In this document: positions 48,747 to 56,889 of the stretch, piece after piece | How positions within the stretch are numbered: the first letter of the stretch is position 1 | Layout: every line of letters begins with the position of its first letter | Source: an uncultured Actinomycetota bacterium | GTDB lineage: Bacteria; Actinomycetota; Actinomycetes; S36-B12; UBA10799 | Reading direction: 5' to 3' | NCBI GenBank assembly: GCA_963704075.1 | Contig: CAVPGV010000010.1 | Span: 80,564-144,563, forward strand | DNA: 64,000 nucleotides | Notes under the pieces: model-generated | Told to the model about the DNA's origin: nothing | The model's input: only the letters and a program-made list of their open reading frames with translations | Databases searched by the model: none | Made by a program: the position numbers and the translations under genes

Positions 48747-50074
48747 CACGTGCCCCCTCCTGCCAGCACCAGCCGTTGCACCTTGCCGGAGGCGTTGTGC
48801 GGCAAGGCGTCGAGGCGCTCGATCTCCTTGGGTCGTTTGTACGCGGCCAGCCGCTCGAGGGCCCACGCCGCGACGTCCTCGCTGGTGGCCGGACCGCTGT
48901 AGGCGACGCACACACGCTGGCCCCAGAGGTCGTCGTCGCGCCCGAAGACCGCAACCTCGACCACGCCGGGGCACTCCGCCAGAACGCCCTCCACCTCAGC
49001 GGGATATACGTTCACGCCACCACTGATGATGAGGTCCTCGCGCCTGCCCTCCAGGTACAGGAAGCCGTCATCGAGCCGCCCGAGGTCACCCACGGAGAAG
49101 GCGTCGCCATCCCACGCTGCAGCCGTCTTGGCATCGTCGTTCCAATACCGGAAACGTGCGAACTCGGGGGTGTGACACCAGATCACCCCGTCGCGGACCT
49201 CCAGGCGGCGCCCGGCGCGCGCCCTACCGACCGTCCCCGGGCGCTTCTCCCAGTCGCCACCCGAACACACAGTGAACTGACCCTCGGTCGACCCGTAGAA
49301 CTCCCACACGGCGTCCACTCCGGCCCATTCGTGCAGCCGCCGCTTCAGCGCCGGTGGGCACGCCGCCCCGGCGTGGGTGATCAGTCGGTAGGGGCTCGCC
49401 GGAAGGTCCAGATCGAACAGCCGCTGCAGGTGACTCGGCACGAGGAAGGCGTGGGTGGGGCGGTGGTCGATCAGCGCCTGCGCGATGGCGGGTGCATCGA
49501 ACTCGCCCGGAAGGACCGCCCGCCCCCCGGCCTCCAGCACGAGCATCGCGTAGCGCAGTGGGGCTGCGTGACACAGCGGTCCGTGTACCAGCGTGGTGTC
49601 GGCGGCGGTGAACCGCCATTGGTCGAGTTCGTCGCGCCACAACGCCTCGGAGGCGGCCTCGCCGATCCCTTGCGTGTAGACGCCCTTGGGCCGACCGGTC
49701 GTGCCGGAGGTGTAGTGCATGGGCCGCCCGATCGGCCACCGCGCCAGGTCGGCTTCCGCACCCTCGAAGCTGGTCAGGGACACCAGATCGTCGGCACTGC
49801 TCAACACTGCGCGGGCGCCACTGTCGTCGATGATGTGCGCACGTTCCGCCTCGGTCAGCAGCGGGTTGATGGGGACCGGCACGAGGCCCGACCGCAGTGC
49901 GGCTGCGACGACTGCGATCACCTGGGCCTGCAGGAACGCGGCGTCGTCGGCCCCAAAACGGTGCTCGGGGGTCACCACCGCGACGCGGTCGCCCCTGCGC
50001 AGACCCCGGTAGCGCAGGCCACCGGCCGCCGCTGCGGTCATCTGCCGGTAGTCGTCGGCCGCCAGCACGAACAT
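48746..50074 (-). CDS. adenylate-forming (ANL superfamily) acyl-CoA synthetase-like ligase
   Basis: Start at MFVLAADDY (50074). HYTSGTTGRPKGV, FYGSTEG, GDLGRLDDGFLYLEGRREDLIISGGVNVYPAEVE, C-terminal NASGKVQR. About 442 aa, which is short at the N-terminus for the family. Confidence 0.8.
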   Translation of the reverse strand: MFVLAADDYRQMTAAAAGGLRYRGLRRGDRVAVVTPEHRFGADDAAFLQAQVIAVVAAALRSGLVPVPINPLLTEAERAHIIDDSGARAVLSSADDLVSLTSFEGAEADLARWPIGRPMHYTSGTTGRPKGVYTQGIGEAASEALWRDELDQWRFTAADTTLVHGPLCHAAPLRYAMLVLEAGGRAVLPGEFDAPAIAQALIDHRPTHAFLVPSHLQRLFDLDLPASPYRLITHAGAACPPALKRRLHEWAGVDAVWEFYGSTEGQFTVCSGGDWEKRPGTVGRARAGRRLEVRDGVIWCHTPEFARFRYWNDDAKTAAAWDGDAFSVGDLGRLDDGFLYLEGRREDLIISGGVNVYPAEVEGVLAECPGVVEVAVFGRDDDLWGQRVCVAYSGPATSEDVAAWALERLAAYKRPKEIERLDALPHNASGKVQRLVLAGGGT

Positions 50075-50084
50075 GGGGTTAAGG

Positions 50085-51188
50085 CTAATGGTGAAGTGTG
50101 ACCGGCAGTCGGCGTCGGCCCCAGGTACCCGGGCTGGCGGCGAAAACACCAGGGACCTGCGTCCCGCAATGCGAACAGGCCCCCCGCGCATCGAGGCTGT
50201 AGGAGAGGATCTCGTACCAGTCGCGTTCGATGACCCGCCGGTGGCAGTTGGGGCAGAACGTCGTGTCCCCATCCGGGTCATGCATGTTGCCGGTGTATGC
50301 GAAACGGACGCCGTGCTCGAGTGCGATCCTGCGGGCTCGGCGCAGCGTCTCCGGCGGGGTCGGGGCGACGTCCATCATCTTCCAGTCCGGGTGGAAGGCA
50401 CTGAAGTGCATCGGTACGTCGGTCCCCAGGTGCTCGACCACCCAGGCCGCCATGCGCGAAAGTTCCTCGTCCGAGTCGTTGTGGCCCGGGACGACCAAGG
50501 TCGTCAGTTCCACCCAGACCGGGGACTCCCTGACCGCCCACTCGATGGTCTCCAGCACAGCATCCAGATCGCCGCCACACACCTTGCGGTAGTAGTCGTG
50601 CGTGAAACCCTTGAGGTCGATGTTGACCGCATCCATCGCGTTGAACATCTCCGCCCGAGGAGCCGGCTCGATGTATCCGGCGGTGACCCCGACCGTCCTT
50701 ATTCCCACCTCGCGGCAGGCCAGCGCGGTGTCGACCGCGTACTCCAGGAAGACGACCGGATCGTTGTAAGTGAAGGCGACGCTGGTGCACCCCAGTCGGC
50801 GCGCCGCATCGGCGATGGCCGCAGGGCTGGCCGAGTCGGCCAACGTGTCGATGTCACGGGACTTGGAGATGTCCCAGTTCTGGCAGAACTTGCACGTGAG
50901 GTTGCACCCGGCGGTCCCGAACGACAGCACCGGCGTCCCCGGGAGGAAGTGGTTGAGCGGCTTCTTCTCGATCGGATCGATGCAGTACCCGCTGGATCGC
51001 CCGTAGGTCGTGGACACGATCTCGTCACCGTCGCGGGCCCGCACGAAACACAGCCCGCGCTGGCCCTCGTGCAGTCGGCAGGCGCGCGGACAGATGTCGC
51101 ACTGGACGCGCCGGTCATCGAGCAGGTGCCAGTACTTCGTCTCGGCAACCTCCCCGAACGAAGCGCTGTCACGCAACTGCGCCCCCAT
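50085..51188 (-). CDS. amrS: AmmeMemoRadiSam system radical SAM enzyme
   Basis: Start at MGAQLRD (51188). N-terminal CDICPRAC cluster, radical-SAM CNLTCKFCQNW, C-terminal CPNC..CSHCG. The family is recognised from its context with Memo and AMMECR1 genes. Confidence 0.8.
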   Translation of the reverse strand: MGAQLRDSASFGEVAETKYWHLLDDRRVQCDICPRACRLHEGQRGLCFVRARDGDEIVSTTYGRSSGYCIDPIEKKPLNHFLPGTPVLSFGTAGCNLTCKFCQNWDISKSRDIDTLADSASPAAIADAARRLGCTSVAFTYNDPVVFLEYAVDTALACREVGIRTVGVTAGYIEPAPRAEMFNAMDAVNIDLKGFTHDYYRKVCGGDLDAVLETIEWAVRESPVWVELTTLVVPGHNDSDEELSRMAAWVVEHLGTDVPMHFSAFHPDWKMMDVAPTPPETLRRARRIALEHGVRFAYTGNMHDPDGDTTFCPNCHRRVIERDWYEILSYSLDARGACSHCGTQVPGVFAASPGTWGRRRLPVTLHH

Positions 51189-51252
51189 ACCTCGAGCGCA
51201 CCACCACCGGCCGCCGATGTCAAGGCCCGACCAGGAGCGAATCGGGCCTCGA

Positions 51253-51417
51253 CACCAGGCGTCGGCGTTGTGTGCAGGCGTCGGCGTGGTGTGCAGGCGT
51301 TGGAGTTGTGTGCAGGCGTTGGAGATCGGCACAGAAGTTGGAGAACCACGGCCCGCGCTTCTCCAACGGATGTGCGGGAGTCCAACGGATGCGCGTAACT
51401 CCAACGCCTGTGGCGCA
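51253..51417. repeat. REP-like nested palindrome of CGTTGGA units, copy E5
   Basis: Five forward units: two decayed (CAGGCGTCGGCGTTGTG, TGCAGGCGTCGGCGTGGTG), then TGCAGGCGTTGGAGTTGTG, TGCAGGCGTTGGAGATCG, GCACAGAAGTTGGAGAACC. Centre ACGGCCCGCGC. Three reverse units: TCTCCAACGGATGTGCG, GTCCAACGGATGCGCG, CTCCAACGCCTGTGGC. Confidence 0.9.
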
Positions 51418-51432
51418 CCAGCAGCGACAACA

Positions 51433-51795
51433 TTAGTCCGTCAAGTGATACGCGAAGTGGCTGTCGAGAGCCAGGAGGAAAGCTCCTTGGACCACGACCG
51501 CCGCCCCATCGGCGCGGAAACGTTCCGAGCGCCAGGCCCACAGCCCCAATGAGATGTAGCCGACGTCAGCCACGCAATTCGCCAGCAGGACCTTGCGCAG
51601 CCGATCCGTGTCAGGAGCCGGCCGGCTGAGACCGAATGCCGCGATGGCCGCATCGACGGCGCCCCATGCGGCCGTCTGTCGCCCGAAACTGCGCACTGCC
51701 GGGGTGGGACCGGCGCCCCACAGCGCACCTCCCGCGAGCATGGACCCTGCGGACCATGCGCCCAGGGTATTCAGCAACTGCCGGTGGGTGGCCAT
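51433..51795 (-). CDS. hypothetical membrane protein
   Basis: Start at MATHRQLL (51795), overlapping the upstream stop (ATGA). About four TM helices. No family recognised. Confidence 0.5.
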   Translation of the reverse strand: MATHRQLLNTLGAWSAGSMLAGGALWGAGPTPAVRSFGRQTAAWGAVDAAIAAFGLSRPAPDTDRLRKVLLANCVADVGYISLGLWAWRSERFRADGAAVVVQGAFLLALDSHFAYHLTD

Positions 51796-52019
51796 CAATC
51801 CTCCATCACGTAAGGGCAGTGACGGCACCCGTTGCCGCAGCACGTCCCGCGCTTGACATGAAACGCCGCGGTCAGCACGAACAGTCCCGTGTCGGGATCG
51901 GAGTACCCGGCGTCTCCGGCCTCCACGGCCCTGGCATGCGCTGCGAGGATTTCAGCCCGTCGCGGATGGTCGGACGCCAACCGATCCGGGTGCGGCGTCG
52001 TCCATGCAGCGCGGGTCAT
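51795..52019 (-). CDS. small Cys-rich protein, DUF5522-like
   Basis: Start at MTRAAWTT (52019). 74 aa ending FHVKRGTCCGNGCRHCPYVMED. Confidence 0.5.
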   Translation of the reverse strand: MTRAAWTTPHPDRLASDHPRRAEILAAHARAVEAGDAGYSDPDTGLFVLTAAFHVKRGTCCGNGCRHCPYVMED

Positions 52020-52026
52020 ACGACCA

Positions 52027-52656
52027 TTATTCCGGCGGACCGACGATCTGCGCCAACGTGACGACCATGGGACGCAGCTTCTCGAGCGCCTTGTGCACTG
52101 TGGTCTGCAGCCGCCTGGTCCCCATCCAGGCCTCCGGCTGCCACTTCTTCGTCGCGTGCAGGGTGCGATGGCGCAACAGGTCGAGATCCGGGTGATCATC
52201 GGGGATTCCGCGTGGGCGGGACTTCAACTGGTCTCCATCAATGGTGAAGCCGGCTTTCGGCAGGCCCTTCAAAGCGGCGCGGATATCGCCGGCACCGGCC
52301 TCGGTGATGTGCTCGCGGAAACGCTTGACCTGCGGCCCGGTCGACGAATACCAGCCGCCGGCGACCATCAACCCATGCGCGGAGACCTGCAGGTACCACC
52401 CGAGACCGTTGTCCGCCGCGAACAGGCAACCCTGGTGGTCCTTGTAGGGCGTCTTGTCTCGACTGAACCGCATGTCCCGGTACGGCCGGTACAGCTTCAC
52501 CGGGCCGAAGTCCGGTTCCAGTGACTCAGCGAGTTCGCGCAACGGATCGCGCACATACCGCTCGTAGTCGGACTTGTGCTCGGTCCAGAACTCCCGCGAG
52601 TTGTCCACATCCAAGTGCTCGTAGAACTCGAAGGCCTCAGCCGGTATCCCTGTCAT
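52027..52656 (-). CDS. DUF2461 (TIGR02453) family protein
   Basis: 209 aa. AFEFYEHLDVDNSREFWTEHKSDYERYVRDPL, LYRPYRDMRFSRDKTPYK, GGWYSS. Confidence 0.7.
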   Translation of the reverse strand: MTGIPAEAFEFYEHLDVDNSREFWTEHKSDYERYVRDPLRELAESLEPDFGPVKLYRPYRDMRFSRDKTPYKDHQGCLFAADNGLGWYLQVSAHGLMVAGGWYSSTGPQVKRFREHITEAGAGDIRAALKGLPKAGFTIDGDQLKSRPRGIPDDHPDLDLLRHRTLHATKKWQPEAWMGTRRLQTTVHKALEKLRPMVVTLAQIVGPPE

Positions 52657-52805
52657 GCATCCACCCTGTCAGGATCGGCGGTCGGGTCAACCTGCCCGGA
52701 GGAATCTGTGGATCGCCCAGCACCTGTCCAGGACCGATTCCGCCGACCCGTGCGGCTGAGCCGCGCAACCCGACCATCGGTCCGATCGCGCCCTAGTGTC
52801 TATCC

Positions 52806-54065
52806 ATGAAGGCTGGCATCGGCGAGCGCGTGCTGGCCGCCTCGCGGGCCCGGGATCGGGTGCTGGACGCGGTGAAGGCGGTCTCCCTGCTGCTGGTGAT
52901 CGTGGGCCACAGCCTGGCCTGGCACGTACGGCCCGATGGCACTGCCGTGAACGTTCTCGAAGATGTCCCGTACCTGATCGCGCTGACGTGGTTGTTCCAG
53001 GTCCTTCCCCTGTTCTTCGCGGCGGGGGCGGTGTCGAACGCGGCATCGCTGAGCCGGCATGGCCAGGTGGACTACCTTCGAGCTCGCGGCACGTCGTTGC
53101 TGACTCCGGTTGTCGTGTACGCGAGTCTGTGGACCGTCGTACTGCTGGCTTTCCACGGCTCCGACCAGGTGCGCGGAGCGGGACGCTTCCTGTCACAGTT
53201 GCTGTGGTTCGCCGGGGTTTACCTGCTGGTGGCGGCGGCAGCCGCGATCACGATCCGTTGGATCGCGCACCCAGTTCTCACACTGGGCCTGTGGCTGGGG
53301 GCGATCGTGGCATTCGATGTCCTGCGAACCACGGACCTCGCCGCGTGGGGGTGGATCAATATGCTCCTGGTCTGGGGCTGGCTGCATCAGTGCGGCTACT
53401 ACCTGCCCCGCCTCAAGGGCCGCAGGTGGCTGGCCCCTGTGGGGGCGGCATTGATCGCGATCTCCGTGCTGGTGGCGTTCGCCGGCCCATACTCCCACTC
53501 GTTGATCTCCGTGTCGGGTGTTCCCGGGTTGTCCAATCTTGCCCCGCCCAGTGTCGTACTGGCCCTGTACGGCGCCGGGCAGATCCTGCTGCTAGCCGGT
53601 GTATGGGATCTGCTGGACAGACTCCTACGGCGCGACCGCCTGTGGGTGGTGATCGCACTGATCGGCGCACGTGGGATGGGCATGTATCTGTGGCACATCC
53701 CGTTGGTAGGCGCGGCCGCGACAACCGTCATCGCCACGGGCTGGTCGCAGCCACCCTTGAGTGCGCAATGGTGGCTGGTACACGTCGCGGTAGCAGTGGC
53801 CGTCGTCCCTGGCGCCTGGTTCGTTGCCGGCCTGGTGGAGCCTGTGCAGCGACGCCTGTCGATGTGGCGATGGCCGGTATCGGCCCCCACGCTGGGCTGC
53901 GCACTCGGCGGAGTGGCGGTTCTCAACATGTCGGCCACGGGCTTCGCCACGCTGACCGGGGCCGGCGCGGTGGGACTGCCTTCCTCGGCGATCCTCAACC
54001 TCGCTTTGGTGGTACTCGCCTTCGGCTTGGTCAGCTCCGGTTCACCGGTGAAGTCCGCCCAATAG
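52806..54065 (+). CDS. membrane acyltransferase (acyltransferase 3 family)
   Basis: 419 aa, about 10 TM helices. N-terminal RDRVLDAVKAVSLLLVIVGHS motif. Confidence 0.7.
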   Translation: MKAGIGERVLAASRARDRVLDAVKAVSLLLVIVGHSLAWHVRPDGTAVNVLEDVPYLIALTWLFQVLPLFFAAGAVSNAASLSRHGQVDYLRARGTSLLTPVVVYASLWTVVLLAFHGSDQVRGAGRFLSQLLWFAGVYLLVAAAAAITIRWIAHPVLTLGLWLGAIVAFDVLRTTDLAAWGWINMLLVWGWLHQCGYYLPRLKGRRWLAPVGAALIAISVLVAFAGPYSHSLISVSGVPGLSNLAPPSVVLALYGAGQILLLAGVWDLLDRLLRRDRLWVVIALIGARGMGMYLWHIPLVGAAATTVIATGWSQPPLSAQWWLVHVAVAVAVVPGAWFVAGLVEPVQRRLSMWRWPVSAPTLGCALGGVAVLNMSATGFATLTGAGAVGLPSSAILNLALVVLAFGLVSSGSPVKSAQ

Positions 54066-54424
54066 GTATCGGCCCTGGGAGGTCGATGAGGGCTCGAGCC
54101 ATCCGTGGTATGCGGCCACCCGTAGGCAGTGCACGCTCAGATCGGCGCTCCAGAAACAGGGATGAGCCCGACTCCCCCGAACCCGAGGAACCGCAAATCC
54201 ACACGTGGCGCATAGTCCGCAAGTTGTTGACTGACTCACGCCTCTTGGTGAAGAGCCGACCAGTGGGAGGTCATCTTGTCACCGAAAGGAGCGCGGCTCT
54301 CATGTGCGCGGGCGCCAACCCGAGCAGCAAGCCAACTGCCTGGGGCTGACCTCGGCCGGCGAAGCAGATCGCGCTACCGCAGCCGCGCCATAAACGCCTG
54401 ACCACGAATGATCCCCGTGGAGTT

Positions 54425-54694
54425 CTACGGGTTCACCAGCACGCTCAGCGCCAGCAGACAGCCTGTGACCGTGAGCACGGCCGGCTCCCACGTCGCCCGG
54501 GTCTGAGACCTGCGCAGGGAGGTGAGCCGGTGGGCGGCCGGAACACAGCCCACCAGTGCGATCACACCGACCGCCAATCCGAGATGGCCCAGCCCGGCCA
54601 CGGCCAGGTGCACGGACCCGACCCCCGCCACCACCACCAGCGCGAGAACGGTGCGCCGCCAGGCCAACCGCGTCCGTTCGATCTGGGAGTCCAC
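54425..54694 (-). CDS. DUF202 (YidH-like) membrane protein
   Basis: The GTG start at 54694 overlaps the upstream TAG (TAGTG). VDSQIERTRLAWRRTVLAL signature, then TM helices. Confidence 0.65.
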   Translation of the reverse strand: MDSQIERTRLAWRRTVLALVVVAGVGSVHLAVAGLGHLGLAVGVIALVGCVPAAHRLTSLRRSQTRATWEPAVLTVTGCLLALSVLVNP

Positions 54695-55017
54695 TACAGC
54701 GACCCCGCGATCACGATCACGGTAAGCACGACCATGCCGATGGTCAGGATCAGCGGCCCGCGTTGTGTCGGCAACGGATCGCCTTGCTCCATTCGGCGCT
54801 GCACATCCTGCCAATGCCGGTAGGACGTGATCGTCAGAATGCCACCCAGGATCGCGAAGCCGATGGCCGCCACCGACAACAAGCGGGAGGCGCCGGCATC
54901 GATGATGAAGATCCGGATCGCGATACCTCCGGCGATCAGGGCCATCCCCGTCCGGACCCAGGCGAGATAGGTCCGCTCGTTGGCCAGCGAGTACCGGTAG
55001 TCCACCTCTTCGGTCAC
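54694..55017 (-). CDS. DUF202 (YidH-like) membrane protein
   Basis: 107 aa. YSLANERTYLAWVRTGMALIAGG signature, three TM helices. 4-nt overlap with the glucosidase stop. Confidence 0.7.
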   Translation of the reverse strand: MTEEVDYRYSLANERTYLAWVRTGMALIAGGIAIRIFIIDAGASRLLSVAAIGFAILGGILTITSYRHWQDVQRRMEQGDPLPTQRGPLILTIGMVVLTVIVIAGSL

Positions 55018-56738
55018 GGCGCCACCTCCTGCCTATAGACGCGGACCTCCCACGGCCGCAGAACCGGACCCACCGGTTCCCGGTAGTTGGCGATCACCAG
55101 ATCCCCGTGCAGGTCGACTGGCGACTCGCCAGGATCGGCGCCGACATTCGCCACGATCAACAGGCAGACGTCTGCGGACGTGCGGGTGAACACGAACAGA
55201 TTCGGATCGGCGGGCAGCAGCAGTTCGAAGTCGCCCTCCCGGACCACCGGATCGGCGTGACGCAACGAGATCAGACTGCGGTAGTACGCGAACACCGATT
55301 CCGGGTCGCCCACTTCCGCCGCGGCGTTGATCCGGGGGTAGTTCGGGTTGACCGGTAACCACGGGGTGCCAGTGGTGAAACCGGCGTGTGCCGCATCGTC
55401 CCATTGCACGGGGGTACGCGCGTTGTCACGGCCCATGGCCTGCAGACTGCTCATGACCAGCCGCGGGTCGAGGCCCATGCCATCGACCGCCTGCCGGTAG
55501 TAGTTCAGTGATTCCACGTCCTGGAACTGCTCGATGCTCGAGAACGGGTAGTTGGTCATCCCCAGTTCCTCGCCCTGGTAGATGTACGGGGTGCCGCGTT
55601 GCAGGTGCAGGATGGTCGCCAGCAGCGTCGCGCTCTCGTACCAGTAGTTGCGGTCGTCGCCGTACCGGGACACGATGCGGGGCTGATCGTGGTTGTTCCA
55701 GTACAGGCTGTTCCAGCCCACCTGGGCGAGCCCGTACTGCCACTTCCCGAGGTTCTCCTTGAGCTCCACGAGATTCAACGATCGCACGTCCCACTTGCCC
55801 AGGCCATGATCGAGTTCCACGTGCTCGAACTGGAAGACCATGTCGAGTTCGTGCCGATCCCGGTCGGTGTAGAGGCGGGCCTGCTCCACCGACACCCCGG
55901 GCGTCTCACCGACGGTCAGCAGCTCGGCATCTCGATCGGCGAACACCGCCCTGTGCATCTCCTGTAGGAATTCGTGGACCCGCGGACCCTCGCTGTAGTA
56001 AGGGCTGCCGTTGGCGTATAGCTCGCCCGGCGCTTGCTGCCCGTCGGGCAGGGCGGCGTGTTTGGAGATCAGGTTGATCACGTCCATGCGGAAACCGTCG
56101 ACCCCGCGATCCAGCCACCAGTTCATGAGGTCGTAGACCGCCTGGCGGACCTGGGGGTTCTCCCAGTTCAGGTCCGGCTGCTTCTTGGTGAACAGGTGCA
56201 GGTAGTACTCCCCGGTGACGTCGTCATACTCCCAGGCACTGCCGGAGAAGATCGACCCCCAGTTGTTCGGAGGGCCGTCATCACGTCCCTCGCGCCACCA
56301 GTACCAGTCCCGCTTCGGATTGTCCGGGCTCGACCGCGATTCCACGAACCACGGGTGTTCGTCGGAAGTGTGGTTGACCACCAGGTCCATGATGAGTTTC
56401 ATGCCGCGTTCGTGGACGGCCGTTAAGAGCCGGTCGAAGTCGGCCAGGGTGCCGAACATCGGGTCGATGTCGCGGTAGTCGCTGATGTCGTACCCGTTGT
56501 CGTCCTGCGGTGAGCGATAGATCGGCGACAACCACAGAACATCCACACCGAGGTGGACGAGGTAGTCCAGCTTCGACTCGATCCCGGCGAGGTCCCCGAC
56601 CCCGTCGCCGTTGGAGTCCGCGAAGGAACGGGGGTAGATCTGGTACACGACCGCGTTGGTCCACCACAGGCTCACAGGCGACAGGCTACGGGTGAGCAGA
56701 TGAGCCGCGCGAGCCTGTGTTGCCGGGGTGTCCCTCAT
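55014..56738 (-). CDS. GH13 alpha-glucosidase (oligo-1,6-glucosidase / trehalose-6-phosphate hydrolase type)
   Basis: Start at MRDTPAT (56738). VVYQIYPRSFADSNGDGVGDL, DLVVNHTSDEHPWF, GFRMDVINL, GETPG, WNNHDQPR. Confidence 0.9.
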   Translation of the reverse strand: MRDTPATQARAAHLLTRSLSPVSLWWTNAVVYQIYPRSFADSNGDGVGDLAGIESKLDYLVHLGVDVLWLSPIYRSPQDDNGYDISDYRDIDPMFGTLADFDRLLTAVHERGMKLIMDLVVNHTSDEHPWFVESRSSPDNPKRDWYWWREGRDDGPPNNWGSIFSGSAWEYDDVTGEYYLHLFTKKQPDLNWENPQVRQAVYDLMNWWLDRGVDGFRMDVINLISKHAALPDGQQAPGELYANGSPYYSEGPRVHEFLQEMHRAVFADRDAELLTVGETPGVSVEQARLYTDRDRHELDMVFQFEHVELDHGLGKWDVRSLNLVELKENLGKWQYGLAQVGWNSLYWNNHDQPRIVSRYGDDRNYWYESATLLATILHLQRGTPYIYQGEELGMTNYPFSSIEQFQDVESLNYYRQAVDGMGLDPRLVMSSLQAMGRDNARTPVQWDDAAHAGFTTGTPWLPVNPNYPRINAAAEVGDPESVFAYYRSLISLRHADPVVREGDFELLLPADPNLFVFTRTSADVCLLIVANVGADPGESPVDLHGDLVIANYREPVGPVLRPWEVRVYRQEVAP

Positions 56739-56889
56739 TAAACCTGGGCCACTGAGCCGCCATTCCCGGCAATCCGGCCCAGTTGTCATGCCGATCCACG
56801 GCAATTTGCCCGGGTTTGACTGGTTCTGGCCCTCAAAGCTGGGCCGTCGTCGCTCGGCCCGGACCAGTTTTGATGGCAGTGCCCGCTAC

